A stretch of 64,000 nucleotides of DNA, taken from the NCBI GenBank assembly GCA_019358935.1, contig JAHHIK010000004.1:46420-110419 (forward strand). Direction: 5' to 3'. The position numbers were made by a program, and so were the translations under genes. Shown one piece after another: positions 20,330-32,342 of this stretch; position 1 is the stretch's first letter, and every line of letters begins with the position of its first letter. Source of the DNA: Tolypothrix carrinoi HA7290-LM1. GTDB taxonomy: Bacteria; Cyanobacteriota; Cyanobacteriia; Cyanobacteriales; Nostocaceae. The notes under the pieces are model-generated. The model searched no databases. It was not told the DNA's origin and saw only the letters and a program-made list of their open reading frames with translations.

Positions 20330-20436
20330 AAAACCACAAAGCGAGCCAGTCGCAGTCTTGGGCAACAGCTTTCACCTGGGAGCTTCCTTGAGAATGGTGC
20401 GTTAGCGTTTCGCGTAACGCACCCTACAAATAATCT

Positions 20437-21831
20437 TTACACCAAACTAGAGGTAGTCTGGAATTGCCGCTGATTTTGCAAACGTTTGCCTGTAATTAGC
20501 ATCCGGACACCACCTTTTGGTGCTGACAATAAGCCCTTGCGAATTGGCTGCACGGGTTCGCTCTCAGCCAGTTCCATCTCCCAGTTAGACAGCACCGTTG
20601 CTAACACCGATTTCATCTCAAATAAGGCAAAAGCCATACCGATACAGCGACGATTTCCGCCACCAAAAGGTAAATATTCAGACATTGCAAATTGACGCTC
20701 TAGAAAACGCTCAGGTTGAAATTGCTTTGACTGAGGATACAAATCTTCTCGGTGATGAGTTAAATAAATACTTCCAACTAGCAAAGTACCAGGCTCAAAC
20801 TCATAGCCCATAATTGAAAGCGGTGATTTAACTAGTCGATTTAACATCAACATCGCTACCGGATAAAGGCGTAATGTTTCCGAACAGACAGCATTTAAAT
20901 AAGGCGAGCGCAAAATAGCATTTGCATCCGGATTTTCACCCAAACTATCAAGTTCTTGCAACAGTTTTTCACGCACCTGCGGCTGATGGTGAATCCAGTA
21001 TAAAGCCCATGCTAAAGAACTTGCCGTAGTTTCGTGACCTGCGACTAATAAAGTCATCAACTCATCACGTAATTCCACATCCGTCATCGGCTCACCCGCT
21101 TCATCGCGAGCAGCCATCATTAAAGACAGAATATCAGATCGAGATGAATCTGGGTGCGATCGCCGTTCCTGAATTTCCGCATAAATGAGTTCATCAATTG
21201 AGGAGCGTAAACGTAGATATCTTCCCCAAGGACTCCATGAGCCTAAATCGCGTCGCAGTGCTGGGAAAAGAAGCATTACTGCTCGCCATATCGGTTGTTT
21301 TGGATTCAGAAGTGCAATTAAAAGTTCCTTTAGTTTTTGGTAACGCGCTCCATCTTCTAAACCAAATACAGCTTTCAAAATCACCTCGAAGGAGATTTCT
21401 TGCATAAATGGTAGTACAGAAAAAGATTCTCCGACTTGCCATTTACTAGTCACTTTTTCGGTGATGCTGCGGGTTAACTGAGCATAACTCAACATCCGTT
21501 CCCCATGAAGCGGAGGAGTCAACAGCTTTCGTTGACGTTGGTGGGGCTTTCCTTCTAGCGACAGTAAAGAGTACTGTCCCAATAAAGGTGCCCCCACACC
21601 TGCTGCGGCACCAGAGTCCAACTGTTTTGGATCTGTGGTAAAAATCTGCTGAATTGCCTGCGGGTTACTAATGAATACTTGCGGAGTAAAAATTGGACCA
21701 AGCCTGAGAGTAAACATATCTCCATAGCGTTGAGTACAGGCTTCCATGTATTCTAGCGGGTTAGTCAGCCACTGAAACGTCTGTATCCAAGGGTGAGTCT
21801 GAGGACCATCGGGCAGTTTAAGTGTAGGCAT
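20437..21831 (-). CDS. Cytochrome P450 (CYP110-like)
   Basis: AGHETT, ETLR, PERF, heme motif FGGGNRRCIG. Confidence 0.95.
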   Translation of the reverse strand: MPTLKLPDGPQTHPWIQTFQWLTNPLEYMEACTQRYGDMFTLRLGPIFTPQVFISNPQAIQQIFTTDPKQLDSGAAAGVGAPLLGQYSLLSLEGKPHQRQRKLLTPPLHGERMLSYAQLTRSITEKVTSKWQVGESFSVLPFMQEISFEVILKAVFGLEDGARYQKLKELLIALLNPKQPIWRAVMLLFPALRRDLGSWSPWGRYLRLRSSIDELIYAEIQERRSHPDSSRSDILSLMMAARDEAGEPMTDVELRDELMTLLVAGHETTASSLAWALYWIHHQPQVREKLLQELDSLGENPDANAILRSPYLNAVCSETLRLYPVAMLMLNRLVKSPLSIMGYEFEPGTLLVGSIYLTHHREDLYPQSKQFQPERFLERQFAMSEYLPFGGGNRRCIGMAFALFEMKSVLATVLSNWEMELAESEPVQPIRKGLLSAPKGGVRMLITGKRLQNQRQFQTTSSLV

Positions 21832-21848
21832 TTTTCACCTTTTTATAA

Positions 21849-21902
21849 GTTCGTAGTGAGGACTTCAGTCCTCATATTATGAAGGACTAAAGTCCTTACT
21901 AC
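21849..21902. repeat. GTAG...CTAC REP-like element overlapping the amylase stop codon
   Basis: gttcgtagtgaggacttcagtcctc...aggactaaagtccttactac. Confidence 0.7.
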
Positions 21903-23356
21903 TTTTGCAACCAAACTGACACAGAACCACCCTGACAAGAGAAATTTCCCCATCCGTCACTGTTAGTATAAACAATTTCCTGGATATGTCCGGTGGAATC
22001 GTAAAAAGCTGCATTCGGTCGAAACATATTCATCCACTTGTTCCCAGATTCACCGTTGGTCAACACTACAGCCATTGCCCCCGGATGTTCGCTATTACCC
22101 AAGCGCGTCCAACCGATAGTATTCGCATGGTCAAAATAATCGTGTTGGTCGCCAAAACCATATTCATTACGCGCTTTCAGGAACTTGTCAATCAAGAAAC
22201 GGTGAGAAGAAAGAGTTACATCCCGTCCCTTATCATGATATTGCGCTCCATAATAGTCTGCATAAAAAACGCAAGGATAACCTTCACGGCGTAGCAAAAT
22301 TAGTGCATACGCCAAAGGCTTAAACCAACAATCAACGGGAGATTCTAGCGATTGACACGGTTGGGTATCATGATTTTCTACAAAAGTGACAGCTTTGCTT
22401 GGTTGTTCTTTAACTAAAGTTCTGTCAAAAAGCGATCGCATATCGAAACTATTACCTTGACGGCTTGCTTGATGAAACTTGAAATGAAGTGGCACATCAA
22501 ACAACGATAATCGTCCATCGCTAGCAGCTATATAGCCGTGTAACGCCTCGATATCCTGTGACCAGTACTCCCCCACACTAAATAATTCTCGCCCGCCAAA
22601 ATGCACTCGCAGGTGGTTCAACCAGTCGCGGAAAAAGCTGGAACGAATATGTTTAACCGCATCAATCCGGAAGCCATCTACACCTGTAGTGTCAACAAAC
22701 CAACGTCCCCAATACATCAATTCACCGCGCACGAACTCGTTACCCATATCCAAGTCGTTCGCCATCAAATAGTCATAGTTACCGTGTTCGTGGCTAACTT
22801 CTGTCTCAAAGTTATTGTTCTTGATACGGTAGAGTTTATCAGCTCGTTGGGTGGCTGCATTGTAGGATAATGTATCAAAGCACCACCAATGCCACTTCAT
22901 GCTGGAGTATTTATCTCCACGACCAGAAAAATTGAACTTGGTATAAGCTTCAATTTCATACCAATCGCTGACTGGACGGTTGCGGTCATTCCAATCCATT
23001 TCCTCTGCCCAGATGCGTTCTGTTTCATCTCCACCATCTTTGTGGTTGAAAACTACATCAGCGTAAATTTGAATACCAGCATTTTGAGCGCTTTTAATCG
23101 CTGTCAGATATTGATCGCGTGTTCCGTATTTTGTGCGGATACTACCTTTTTGATCGAACTCACCCAAATCAAATAAATCGTAGACTCCGTATCCGACATC
23201 TCTACCGCCACCAGTACCCTTGTAAGCTGGTGGTAGCCATAAAACTGTGAAGCCTGCACTCTTTAACTCGTGAGCCGTTTTGTTCAGTTGATTCCATAGG
23301 CTACCATCATCGGGGATGTACCAATGGAAATATTGCATTATTACGCCGTTGGTCAT
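21899..23356 (-). CDS. Cytoplasmic alpha-amylase (GH13)
   Basis: MQYFHWY, WLPPAYKG, DVVFNH, GFRIDAVKH, GEYW, FVENHD; no signal peptide. Confidence 0.93.
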   Translation of the reverse strand: MTNGVIMQYFHWYIPDDGSLWNQLNKTAHELKSAGFTVLWLPPAYKGTGGGRDVGYGVYDLFDLGEFDQKGSIRTKYGTRDQYLTAIKSAQNAGIQIYADVVFNHKDGGDETERIWAEEMDWNDRNRPVSDWYEIEAYTKFNFSGRGDKYSSMKWHWWCFDTLSYNAATQRADKLYRIKNNNFETEVSHEHGNYDYLMANDLDMGNEFVRGELMYWGRWFVDTTGVDGFRIDAVKHIRSSFFRDWLNHLRVHFGGRELFSVGEYWSQDIEALHGYIAASDGRLSLFDVPLHFKFHQASRQGNSFDMRSLFDRTLVKEQPSKAVTFVENHDTQPCQSLESPVDCWFKPLAYALILLRREGYPCVFYADYYGAQYHDKGRDVTLSSHRFLIDKFLKARNEYGFGDQHDYFDHANTIGWTRLGNSEHPGAMAVVLTNGESGNKWMNMFRPNAAFYDSTGHIQEIVYTNSDGWGNFSCQGGSVSVWLQK

Positions 23357-23474
23357 GCGATCGCCTTAATTCAGAATCTCTGGTAAATGCAGATTTCTAT
23401 GAGAAATCTTTCGTGTTAGCCTAAGTCTTTTTTGTCATGCATCCAAACATTTCCACAATTTATTTAGATTTGCA

Positions 23475-24263
23475 TTACCGCAACAATTCCTGAATTTGCA
23501 CCGATGTTAATTCTTGCACATTGCTCAAAACTATCGCCGCTCCCGCTTCTCGCAATGTTTCCGCATAAGCTTCACGACGCGCTACCGTCTCCTGCACATG
23601 AGGCGGTAAAATACCTACACCAATCCAAGTGCGGTTAGGTTCAATAATTCGCGCCTTCTCCACCGTGTACATATCTGCTACCGTATCCCCTAAATATATC
23701 ACAGGTTGTAATTTGTCAAGACCCAATAGGTGAATAGTAGCGAAAAGTCCGGTAGGGTCTGGTTTACTTGGTGCATCTTCCATCGCCACTAGTAGAGGCG
23801 ACTTTAAACCCAAGCGTTTTTGCAAAATATAAGTAGCGGAAGCGCGAGTTGCACCGCTAAAAAATCCCCAGTGAATCCCAGCTGATGTAAGTTGCTCAAA
23901 ATAGCTAGACTCTAACAATAACGGCTCATCGCAGATATACCCCGTCCAATTGTCCGGGTCGGGTCCTCGGTAACGCGATTGAAAAAACGCGACAATCGTG
24001 TTGTAGTTCAGTTGCAATTGTTCGCGGGGTATAGCTTGAGTTTGAAAATAGCGGTAAATTAACTCTTGGGATGCTTCCCAATCGTTATTCCAAACGCCTT
24101 CAGACTTCAGTTGGTCGATATCTAATGATGTCGGACGATACGCATTTGCCGTAAAATGCTCTACAGTATCCGCGATCGCTCGTCTATAAGAACCGCCAAC
24201 ATCGCGGATCACACCGTCAATATCAAAGATTACGATGGCTTTTGCAGAAGTTTCTTGAGTCAT
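23475..24263 (-). CDS. HAD-family hydrolase, TIGR01548-like
   Basis: FDIDGV motif I, WNNDW, KPDP, GDTVADM. Confidence 0.85.
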   Translation of the reverse strand: MTQETSAKAIVIFDIDGVIRDVGGSYRRAIADTVEHFTANAYRPTSLDIDQLKSEGVWNNDWEASQELIYRYFQTQAIPREQLQLNYNTIVAFFQSRYRGPDPDNWTGYICDEPLLLESSYFEQLTSAGIHWGFFSGATRASATYILQKRLGLKSPLLVAMEDAPSKPDPTGLFATIHLLGLDKLQPVIYLGDTVADMYTVEKARIIEPNRTWIGVGILPPHVQETVARREAYAETLREAGAAIVLSNVQELTSVQIQELLR

Positions 24264-24307
24264 GGGCTAGAAAGCAAAAGAGTTTTACCTCATAATAAAG
24301 TGTGAGA

Positions 24308-24784
24308 TCATGACTCAGGTAAAAAATCAGGGTTGAGGACTTCTTCTGGTGTAAAGGGAGATTGTTTGGGGAAGATAATCAAATCCAATTCAGTTTCATC
24401 GGCAACCAACAGCCTCGCATCGTCATAACATAGCGCGAAAACCTCAGATAAAAAAGGTTTGAGGCTAGGACTCTCTTCTAGAGCTTGTCTAAGGCGTTTG
24501 CGATGTTCCCGAATCGTGGCTCGCCAACTACCACAGCGCTTATCAGCTTGATACTTATATTTTAATAGATGCATCAGCACCACTTCCAAATTGCTTCTGA
24601 GTGCTTTTTTTTCACTCCTGCCCATTGTTTGAATTTCTTCAATCAAATTTTCTAAGTCCAGTTCTCTGAGCCGACCTTGCTTGAGCAATTCTATAGTTGC
24701 TTGAATCCACAAGTAAAAGTCTTGCTCATATAACTCTGAACAAGATGTCGTTTGAGATTGAGGCAGTTGGGCAGTCATAAACAT
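24308..24784 (-). CDS. DUF29 family protein
   Basis: LYEQDFYLW, LDLENLIEEI..MG.SE, HLLKY.YQ, SW..TI.EHR, SPSL, FLP. Confidence 0.92.
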   Translation of the reverse strand: MFMTAQLPQSQTTSCSELYEQDFYLWIQATIELLKQGRLRELDLENLIEEIQTMGRSEKKALRSNLEVVLMHLLKYKYQADKRCGSWRATIREHRKRLRQALEESPSLKPFLSEVFALCYDDARLLVADETELDLIIFPKQSPFTPEEVLNPDFLPES

Positions 24785-24948
24785 CTCTCAAAGCGCCGAC
24801 TACACTTTATAGTAGCCTTTCTAGAAAAATGGATTTCTCCTTCTTGAATTGCTTATAATAACCGATTGCCCATTTAGTGAGGTATTGCGTTAAAATAAGC
24901 GATCGCATGAGTTAATTCCTAAAGGCACACAAATTAGCGGAGGTATGA

Positions 24949-25248
24949 TTGACCAAGTTTATTTTGAAAATTTTGTGGTTGGATGAAAACGTCGCCTTGG
25001 CGGTCGATCAAGTTGTCGGCAAAGGCACAAGTCCCTTGACTAAGTACTTTTTCTGGCCCAGAAATGATGCCTGGGAAGAGTTAAAAAAAGAGCTTGAGTC
25101 AAAACACTGGATTACTGATGTCGATCGCGTTGAGTTGCTCAACAAAGGAACAGAAGTAATCAACTACTGGCAAGAGGAAGGCAGAAACCGTCCAATGGCT
25201 GAGGCTCAACTAAAATTTCCCGAAGTTACCTTCACAGGTAGCGCCTAG
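24949..25248 (+). CDS. ycf65: 30S ribosomal protein PSRP-3 (Ycf65)
   Basis: [18 protein letters not shown]...[16 protein letters not shown]. Confidence 0.93.
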   Translation: MTKFILKILWLDENVALAVDQVVGKGTSPLTKYFFWPRNDAWEELKKELESKHWITDVDRVELLNKGTEVINYWQEEGRNRPMAEAQLKFPEVTFTGSA

Positions 25249-25258
25249 TATCGCATAA

Positions 25259-27007
25259 TTAAGTTGATTGTGATACAAGCTGCCAAAGTTTGATTGTCTT
25301 GTCCCTGCTGCCACTAGCAATCAGTGCAACAGGGCTGACAGCAACGGTAAACACTGAGTCTACATGACCAGATAAAGTAGCAATTTCTGCTGTTGTGTTT
25401 ACCCCAGAAAGCTTAATTGTCTTGTCCCAACTTCCACTAATCAACGTTTCCCCATCAGCACTGAAAGCTAGTGTCACCACCGACCAAGAATGACTGGAAA
25501 GTGTGCGAATTAACTTACCAGTGTTTACCTCCCACAATTTAATAGTGTTATCATCGCTACCCGTCGCCAAAATTTGACCATCCGGACTGAAAGCGACTGT
25601 TAAAACCGCCCTTGCATGACCTATAAGTGTTTGATAAGGGCGGTTTTTCAATTGATTTTGCAATTCATTTGCAGACAACTTCCACAAGCGAATAGTTCTG
25701 TCAAAACTAGCACTTGCCAAAAGCTCTTCTTGCGGACTAAACGCAACTGCACTGATCTGTAATTTATGTCCAGTCAAAGTGCAAATTTCTTCAAAAGAAT
25801 TTATATCCCAGATTTTGACTGTTTTATCCCAACTACCACTAGCTAGCAGCTTTCCATCTCGACTAAAAGCGACTGATTTGACAGCGCGGGAATGTCCAAT
25901 TAAAGTAAAAATCTCTTGGAAGTTGCGAACATCCCAGATTTTGATAGTTTTATCATCGCTACCTGTCGCTAAAAGTTTTCCATCGGGACTCAAAGCAACA
26001 GACTTCACCGCTTGGGAATGTCCCCCAAGATTGGCGATCGCACCAAATGTGTTTAAATCCCAAAATATAATGCTTTTATCATCATTGCCACTAACCAAAA
26101 TATTACCATCAGGGCTAATCGCAATTGAATTTACATTACTTAATACATTATTTCTGGTCAAAGTATGCAAGCATTGCCACGGAGGATTTTGGATTTTAGA
26201 TTTTAGATTTGGGATTATGGATTTAATACCCATTGCTTGCAAAACTTCATCAGCATTTTGAAAGCGACGGTTAACAGCGTTTTCCAGCAACTTGTCAAGG
26301 ATTTTTGCCAAGCGATCGCTTACTTTAGTGGTAAGATAATCTCGCCAAGCCCAGCAATTATTAGCAACATCAAATAAATCAAACGGCGGAATATGCGTAA
26401 GCAAGTAAATGCAAGTTACACCTAAGCTATAAAGGTCACTGGCAAATACGGATTTTCCCTTAGTTTGTTCCGGAGCCGCATACTCTGGACTGCCGATATT
26501 GCTATGCTCTGTAAAATAGTCGATTACTGGCACAAATTTAGCTGTAGCAAAATTGACTAAAACCAAATCTCCCGCTTTTGTGCGGATGATATTTTCGGGT
26601 TTAATATTGCCGTGAATGATATGGCGATCGCTAATATATTTGAGAACAGGCAATAAATCCTCTAAAAGTTGCCAAATCTGACTTTCCCTAAAAACACCCT
26701 CATCCTCAAGCACCTCAGCTAAATTGCTACCCTCAATAAACTCCTGTACCAAATAAAATTGCCCTTCCTCCTGGAAATACGCCAAAATTGCGGGAATTTG
26801 TGGATGCTTACCGATTTCTTCTAATACTTGCACCTTTCGCTGAAAATCTATGAGAATTTCCTTTTGCAGCGAGAATTCTTGAACCACACAACGAACTACA
26901 GGAAACAGACTTTCATCCACAGCCAAGAAAGTCTTGGTAAATTTCCCTTGACTTCTCAGTTTAAGTAAACGGTAACGTTCTTGTAAAAAACTCAAAATAC
27001 CCTTCAA
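25259..27007 (-). CDS. Hanks-type (pseudo)kinase domain fused to WD40 propeller
   Basis: HPQIP, YLVQEFIEG, IGSPEYAAPEQ, SDLYSLG; about 7 WD40 repeats; catalytic motifs degenerate. Confidence 0.85.
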   Translation of the reverse strand: MKGILSFLQERYRLLKLRSQGKFTKTFLAVDESLFPVVRCVVQEFSLQKEILIDFQRKVQVLEEIGKHPQIPAILAYFQEEGQFYLVQEFIEGSNLAEVLEDEGVFRESQIWQLLEDLLPVLKYISDRHIIHGNIKPENIIRTKAGDLVLVNFATAKFVPVIDYFTEHSNIGSPEYAAPEQTKGKSVFASDLYSLGVTCIYLLTHIPPFDLFDVANNCWAWRDYLTTKVSDRLAKILDKLLENAVNRRFQNADEVLQAMGIKSIIPNLKSKIQNPPWQCLHTLTRNNVLSNVNSIAISPDGNILVSGNDDKSIIFWDLNTFGAIANLGGHSQAVKSVALSPDGKLLATGSDDKTIKIWDVRNFQEIFTLIGHSRAVKSVAFSRDGKLLASGSWDKTVKIWDINSFEEICTLTGHKLQISAVAFSPQEELLASASFDRTIRLWKLSANELQNQLKNRPYQTLIGHARAVLTVAFSPDGQILATGSDDNTIKLWEVNTGKLIRTLSSHSWSVVTLAFSADGETLISGSWDKTIKLSGVNTTAEIATLSGHVDSVFTVAVSPVALIASGSRDKTIKLWQLVSQST

Positions 27008-27041
27008 AGAAATTCAAACATGATAAATTCAAACTTCAGCA

Positions 27042-27217
27042 TTACGCAAAAACCCTCTACAACTCTTACTCTCTGTGTACTCTGCGTCGCGCCAGATGCT
27101 TCAAGTCGGCAGAGCCGACGGCAGGTGCTTCAAGCCGGGAAACCCGTCCAACGCACTGCCTCCCCAACGCACTGGCTTCTCTGCGGTTCGTTTTTCCATG
27201 ATTTTGCCTAAGTCCTA
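27042..27217. repeat. Multiply nested small repeat / MITE-like element
   Basis: TTACGCA...TGCCTAAGTCCTA ends enclosing ctctgcg...ctctgcggttcgtt, which encloses two nested cgccag/cggcag hairpin elements. Confidence 0.7.
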
Positions 27218-27277
27218 TAAATCATAAAATCCCTAATTAATCCTAGAGACGTTCCGGTGGAACGTCTCTACAATAAA

Positions 27278-29368
27278 CTACTGATTAGATTTATTTGCGG
27301 AAAAATCAACAACCAACGGCGAATTACCGTTGTGTGATTTTACCTCCAAAGGTGACTTGACATCACCCGGCTTTGCAGTTTGTTGATTCCATAAAATCAT
27401 CGACAATAACCCATCCACCAAACCGTTAGTACTACCATTGCTACCGCCGACTAAAACATCTGGAATCAAACGGACATTGCTTGAGCCTATAATTTGCATT
27501 AACTGCATCGCCGTATATCCTTGAGTTCCCAAAGCTTCCACACCAGCGCTGTAAGTTTCCGCTTTCGCGTTACCCGTAGCGCGGATACCTTCAGCTTCAC
27601 CAATCGCTTTCAGCTTAATAGCTTCCGCTTCACCCGTCGCTTGCTGAATTTGCGCGTTAGCTTGCAACTCGGCAATTGTTACACCTTGTTCCGATTTCAC
27701 CAACTCTTGCTGAATATCAGCGATTGCTGTTTCCCTTACCAGTTGCTGACGCTGAGTTTGTGCCATTTGCTGAACTTCGTAAGTTTTGCGTTGTTCCTCA
27801 GCAATTTTACGGTCTGTCAGCGTGTGCATTAGTTCTTCGGGTGGAGTAATCAAACCAATCAACGAATCCACCGCTTGCACATCATAAGCACGCAATGCAG
27901 ATTTTACATATTCAGAAGCTTCAACTTGGCGATCGCTTCGGGCAATCAAGAAATCCAAGATAGTATACTCTTGAGCGGAGTTGCGGAAATAGTTACCCAC
28001 AATTGGACGCAAAACCTGATCGATAACGTTTTGCATCGAACCTAAGCGTGAAATCACTTTCGGTGCATCCGAAGCACCAATGTGGATAATTTGAAATATC
28101 TCTAAATCAAAGCTAAAACCATCAAATGACAGCAGTTTCAGCGCCTTCAAATTTGTATCGTATCCGTGCTGACCGCTAATTCTATCAGTAAAGTTTAAGA
28201 CGATATTTGTCGTCGGCACTAGCTCAACTTTCATCACCTTAGTATTGAGCGGATGTTTACCAGGATACAACGGCTCTACCCAAACACCTTTATGTCCTTG
28301 GTTTACCAAATTTCCGTGGGTGAAAGCTGTACCGCTGACATCTTCGTGTTCTTTGCCTACGAAAGAAATCACCACACCCACATAACCGATAGGAATTTCA
28401 GTCATCGGTACTTGTTCGACATTCACTAGCCAAGGGTTAAGGTTCCACGAACCCGATAATAACACCTGTTCTTGTAAACCCCGCTGTCCGCCAGCATCAA
28501 TAAACTTCTGACCATTTTGGAAATTGTCATGTCCCTTAATGGTGCATCCTGCGATTTCACCTGCTGCGATCGCTGAACCATCCAAAGTAGTAATAATACC
28601 AACCTTTTCTGCTGCTACTTGATGGATGTGCAACTGTTCCGGATTCATCCCGTGTTGGGTGGCATTATTGGCAGTAATAACCTTAAATAAAGCCGTGTTG
28701 ATGCGGTAAGTACCCGCTGTCATAAAAGCAATTTGCCGTCCTTTTTCGCCACCTTGAGTGAGGAATTTCCGCGCATCTTGGAAATTATCGCAATCGACGA
28801 TTTTACCTAAAATGCGTTCTGGGGGGATGGATGCGCCATCTGCGGCGACGATTAGGGCGATTTCACCTTGGGGAACAACAACTACCGATTCTTTTTTAAC
28901 TGAGTATTGCCAAGCCGAATAGCCCCAGTGCCACCCTGGCGCAAGGGTATCAGCCTGCAAGCCGGCTTCATTGTTGAGGGCTATCAGCCGTCCTGCGGGG
29001 AGTTTGCGTCCCTTCAGGTCAAATTTTTTCACGACAATCCCAACTTCACGTTCGCCAATTACCACCAGTCCGCCAAAGAACAGGGGGACAAATACGACTA
29101 AACCGCCGACAAGAACGATGGGAATCAGTCCCCACGGATTAAGCTGCATTGCCTGATATTTGCTGCTATCGATTTGAAGGTCAATAGGTTTGATTTGACT
29201 TACCTGGACTGATGCGGAGGTAGTTTCTTGTGTAGGAGAAATTTTTGTAGGAGCGGCGCTTGCTGCTTGAATTGTAGTAGCGATCGCTAAAGAAGCAAAG
29301 AGCGATGTTGCAAAACGAAATATTTTATTTGACTGACGGTTATCAAAGGAATTTTTACGGCTTTGCAT
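27278..29368 (-). CDS. SPFH/flotillin (band 7) family protein
   Basis: AGLQADTLAPGWHW, GHKGVWVEPLYPGKHPLN, VELVPTTNIVLN, GNYFRNSAQ, Ala/Glu-rich flotillin tail; ATG 29368 preferred. Confidence 0.85.
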   Translation of the reverse strand: MQSRKNSFDNRQSNKIFRFATSLFASLAIATTIQAASAAPTKISPTQETTSASVQVSQIKPIDLQIDSSKYQAMQLNPWGLIPIVLVGGLVVFVPLFFGGLVVIGEREVGIVVKKFDLKGRKLPAGRLIALNNEAGLQADTLAPGWHWGYSAWQYSVKKESVVVVPQGEIALIVAADGASIPPERILGKIVDCDNFQDARKFLTQGGEKGRQIAFMTAGTYRINTALFKVITANNATQHGMNPEQLHIHQVAAEKVGIITTLDGSAIAAGEIAGCTIKGHDNFQNGQKFIDAGGQRGLQEQVLLSGSWNLNPWLVNVEQVPMTEIPIGYVGVVISFVGKEHEDVSGTAFTHGNLVNQGHKGVWVEPLYPGKHPLNTKVMKVELVPTTNIVLNFTDRISGQHGYDTNLKALKLLSFDGFSFDLEIFQIIHIGASDAPKVISRLGSMQNVIDQVLRPIVGNYFRNSAQEYTILDFLIARSDRQVEASEYVKSALRAYDVQAVDSLIGLITPPEELMHTLTDRKIAEEQRKTYEVQQMAQTQRQQLVRETAIADIQQELVKSEQGVTIAELQANAQIQQATGEAEAIKLKAIGEAEGIRATGNAKAETYSAGVEALGTQGYTAMQLMQIIGSSNVRLIPDVLVGGSNGSTNGLVDGLLSMILWNQQTAKPGDVKSPLEVKSHNGNSPLVVDFSANKSNQ

Positions 29369-29614
29369 AAAACTTGCCCCTCTGGGCAACAATTATCTAA
29401 ACTATTACTTCACTAAGAGTTCCCCTGATTTCTTAAACTTGCTGTAATTTTATACAGAACTTTACTATATCCAGCTTTAGGTATTAATAACGAAAAACAT
29501 TGATGCCAGGTTTGATAATACAATTGTTGTAAAAAAAGTAGTGGGCACTCTTCGTGCCTGAATTAAGCGCTCTCATCGCTTACTACGAGTAATAAATCTC
29601 GCTTTATGATAATG

Positions 29615-29650
29615 AAAACTCCTCCTTTGAAAGTTGCTAGGAGGAGTTTT
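29615..29650 (-). terminator. Terminator hairpin downstream of atpC
   Basis: aaaactcctcct...aggaggagtttt. Confidence 0.65.
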
Positions 29651-29704
29651 GATTTATCGGGAAGAATATAATTCCCTAACTTAAGTTTGGGCAGAGGGAG
29701 GTGT

Positions 29705-30118
29705 TTATACCATACCGCCGGCAGCTTGAAAGCGTGCGCGAGCGCGTTTGTAAGCTTGTGTTGCTTGGATTTGTGCTTGCCGATCTTCTGCTTGGACTTG
29801 ATTTAGGCGGGTTTCTGCTTGATTAAAAGCAGCACGGGCTTCTTCAAGGTTAATTGAGTCGCCTTTTTCCGCACCGTTAACCAGAATTGTGATTTCGTTT
29901 TCTTCGACTTCGGCAAAACCACCCATGAGGGCGATCGCTGTCCAATTCTGATTTTTATTCGCACGCACGCGCATCACACCTGTATCCAAAGCGGTCAAGA
30001 GTGGCGCATGTCCTGTGAGAATACCTAGCTGACCAGTAGTACTGGGCAACACTACTTCTTCAGCTGCGGCATCCCACACTGTTTTATCTGGAGAAATTAC
30101 ACGAACAGTTAGGGTCAT
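29705..30118 (-). CDS. atpC: ATP synthase F1 epsilon subunit
   Basis: [28 protein letters not shown]. Confidence 0.97.
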   Translation of the reverse strand: MTLTVRVISPDKTVWDAAAEEVVLPSTTGQLGILTGHAPLLTALDTGVMRVRANKNQNWTAIALMGGFAEVEENEITILVNGAEKGDSINLEEARAAFNQAETRLNQVQAEDRQAQIQATQAYKRARARFQAAGGMV

Positions 30119-30122
30119 AAAT

Positions 30123-30212
30123 TGTTAGTTGTTAGTTGTTAGTTGTTAGTTGTTAGTTGTTAGTTGTTAGTTGCTATTACCACTAACTACTAACCACTAA
30201 CCACTAACTATT
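30123..30212. repeat. STRR arrays (TTGTTAG)n and (CTAACCA)n
   Basis: Heptamer tandems in the atpD-atpC spacer. Confidence 0.9.
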
Positions 30213-30218
30213 AACTAA

Positions 30219-31688
<1,470 letters not shown>

Positions 31689-32091
31689 CTATATTTGGTG
31701 ATAGGGTCGTCGGCGACTTAAGATTAACGTTTCATCTTCCAGGTTATCACCGAACGACTCCTATCTTCGCCATAAATTGATTCTTAAGACTGATGTCGTC
31801 AAGTAGGCAGCAGGCTTTGATGCAAAAGGCTTTGGGGAAGACTAAATAGCAAAAAAGCGTTTTGATTAGGCATAGAGGATTAGCGATCGCTCGCTCTTCG
31901 TGGCTGATATTCGCACGCTTGCTTTGTATGCGCTCAACATAGCTGTGAGCAATTATCGTACATAAACGCGGAAAATAAAAAAGCTGCCGCCAAAGCGCGA
32001 TCGCGCACTTTAGCAGCAGTTCTATACCATTTCACTCTGAATATCTAATACACGCGATGCCAATGACATTTCGCAAAACCTGATTAATCTA

Positions 32092-32164
32092 AATTAGGAC
32101 TTACGCACTTCCTTCGTCTTACCAATTGATTTCACGTAGGGGCAATTCATGAATTGCCCCTACA
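32092..32164. repeat. Inverted copy of the 16465-16537 module
   Basis: taggacttacgcacttccttcgtc...gtaggggcaattcatgaattgcccctac. Confidence 0.85.
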
Positions 32165-32342
32165 AGACTTGAATTCGCGTGCGTTCATTCCGATAAATGT
32201 AATAAATTATTTAGAAAGATATACAAGTCAACTTTACTACATTGGGTAGCAACCTTTGATGAAAGCTGTGTGGATAGATGTCCAAATCTTCTGATTGTCT
32301 TTAAGATAAGGGTAAGCAACACATCGACACAGCATAAGATAT

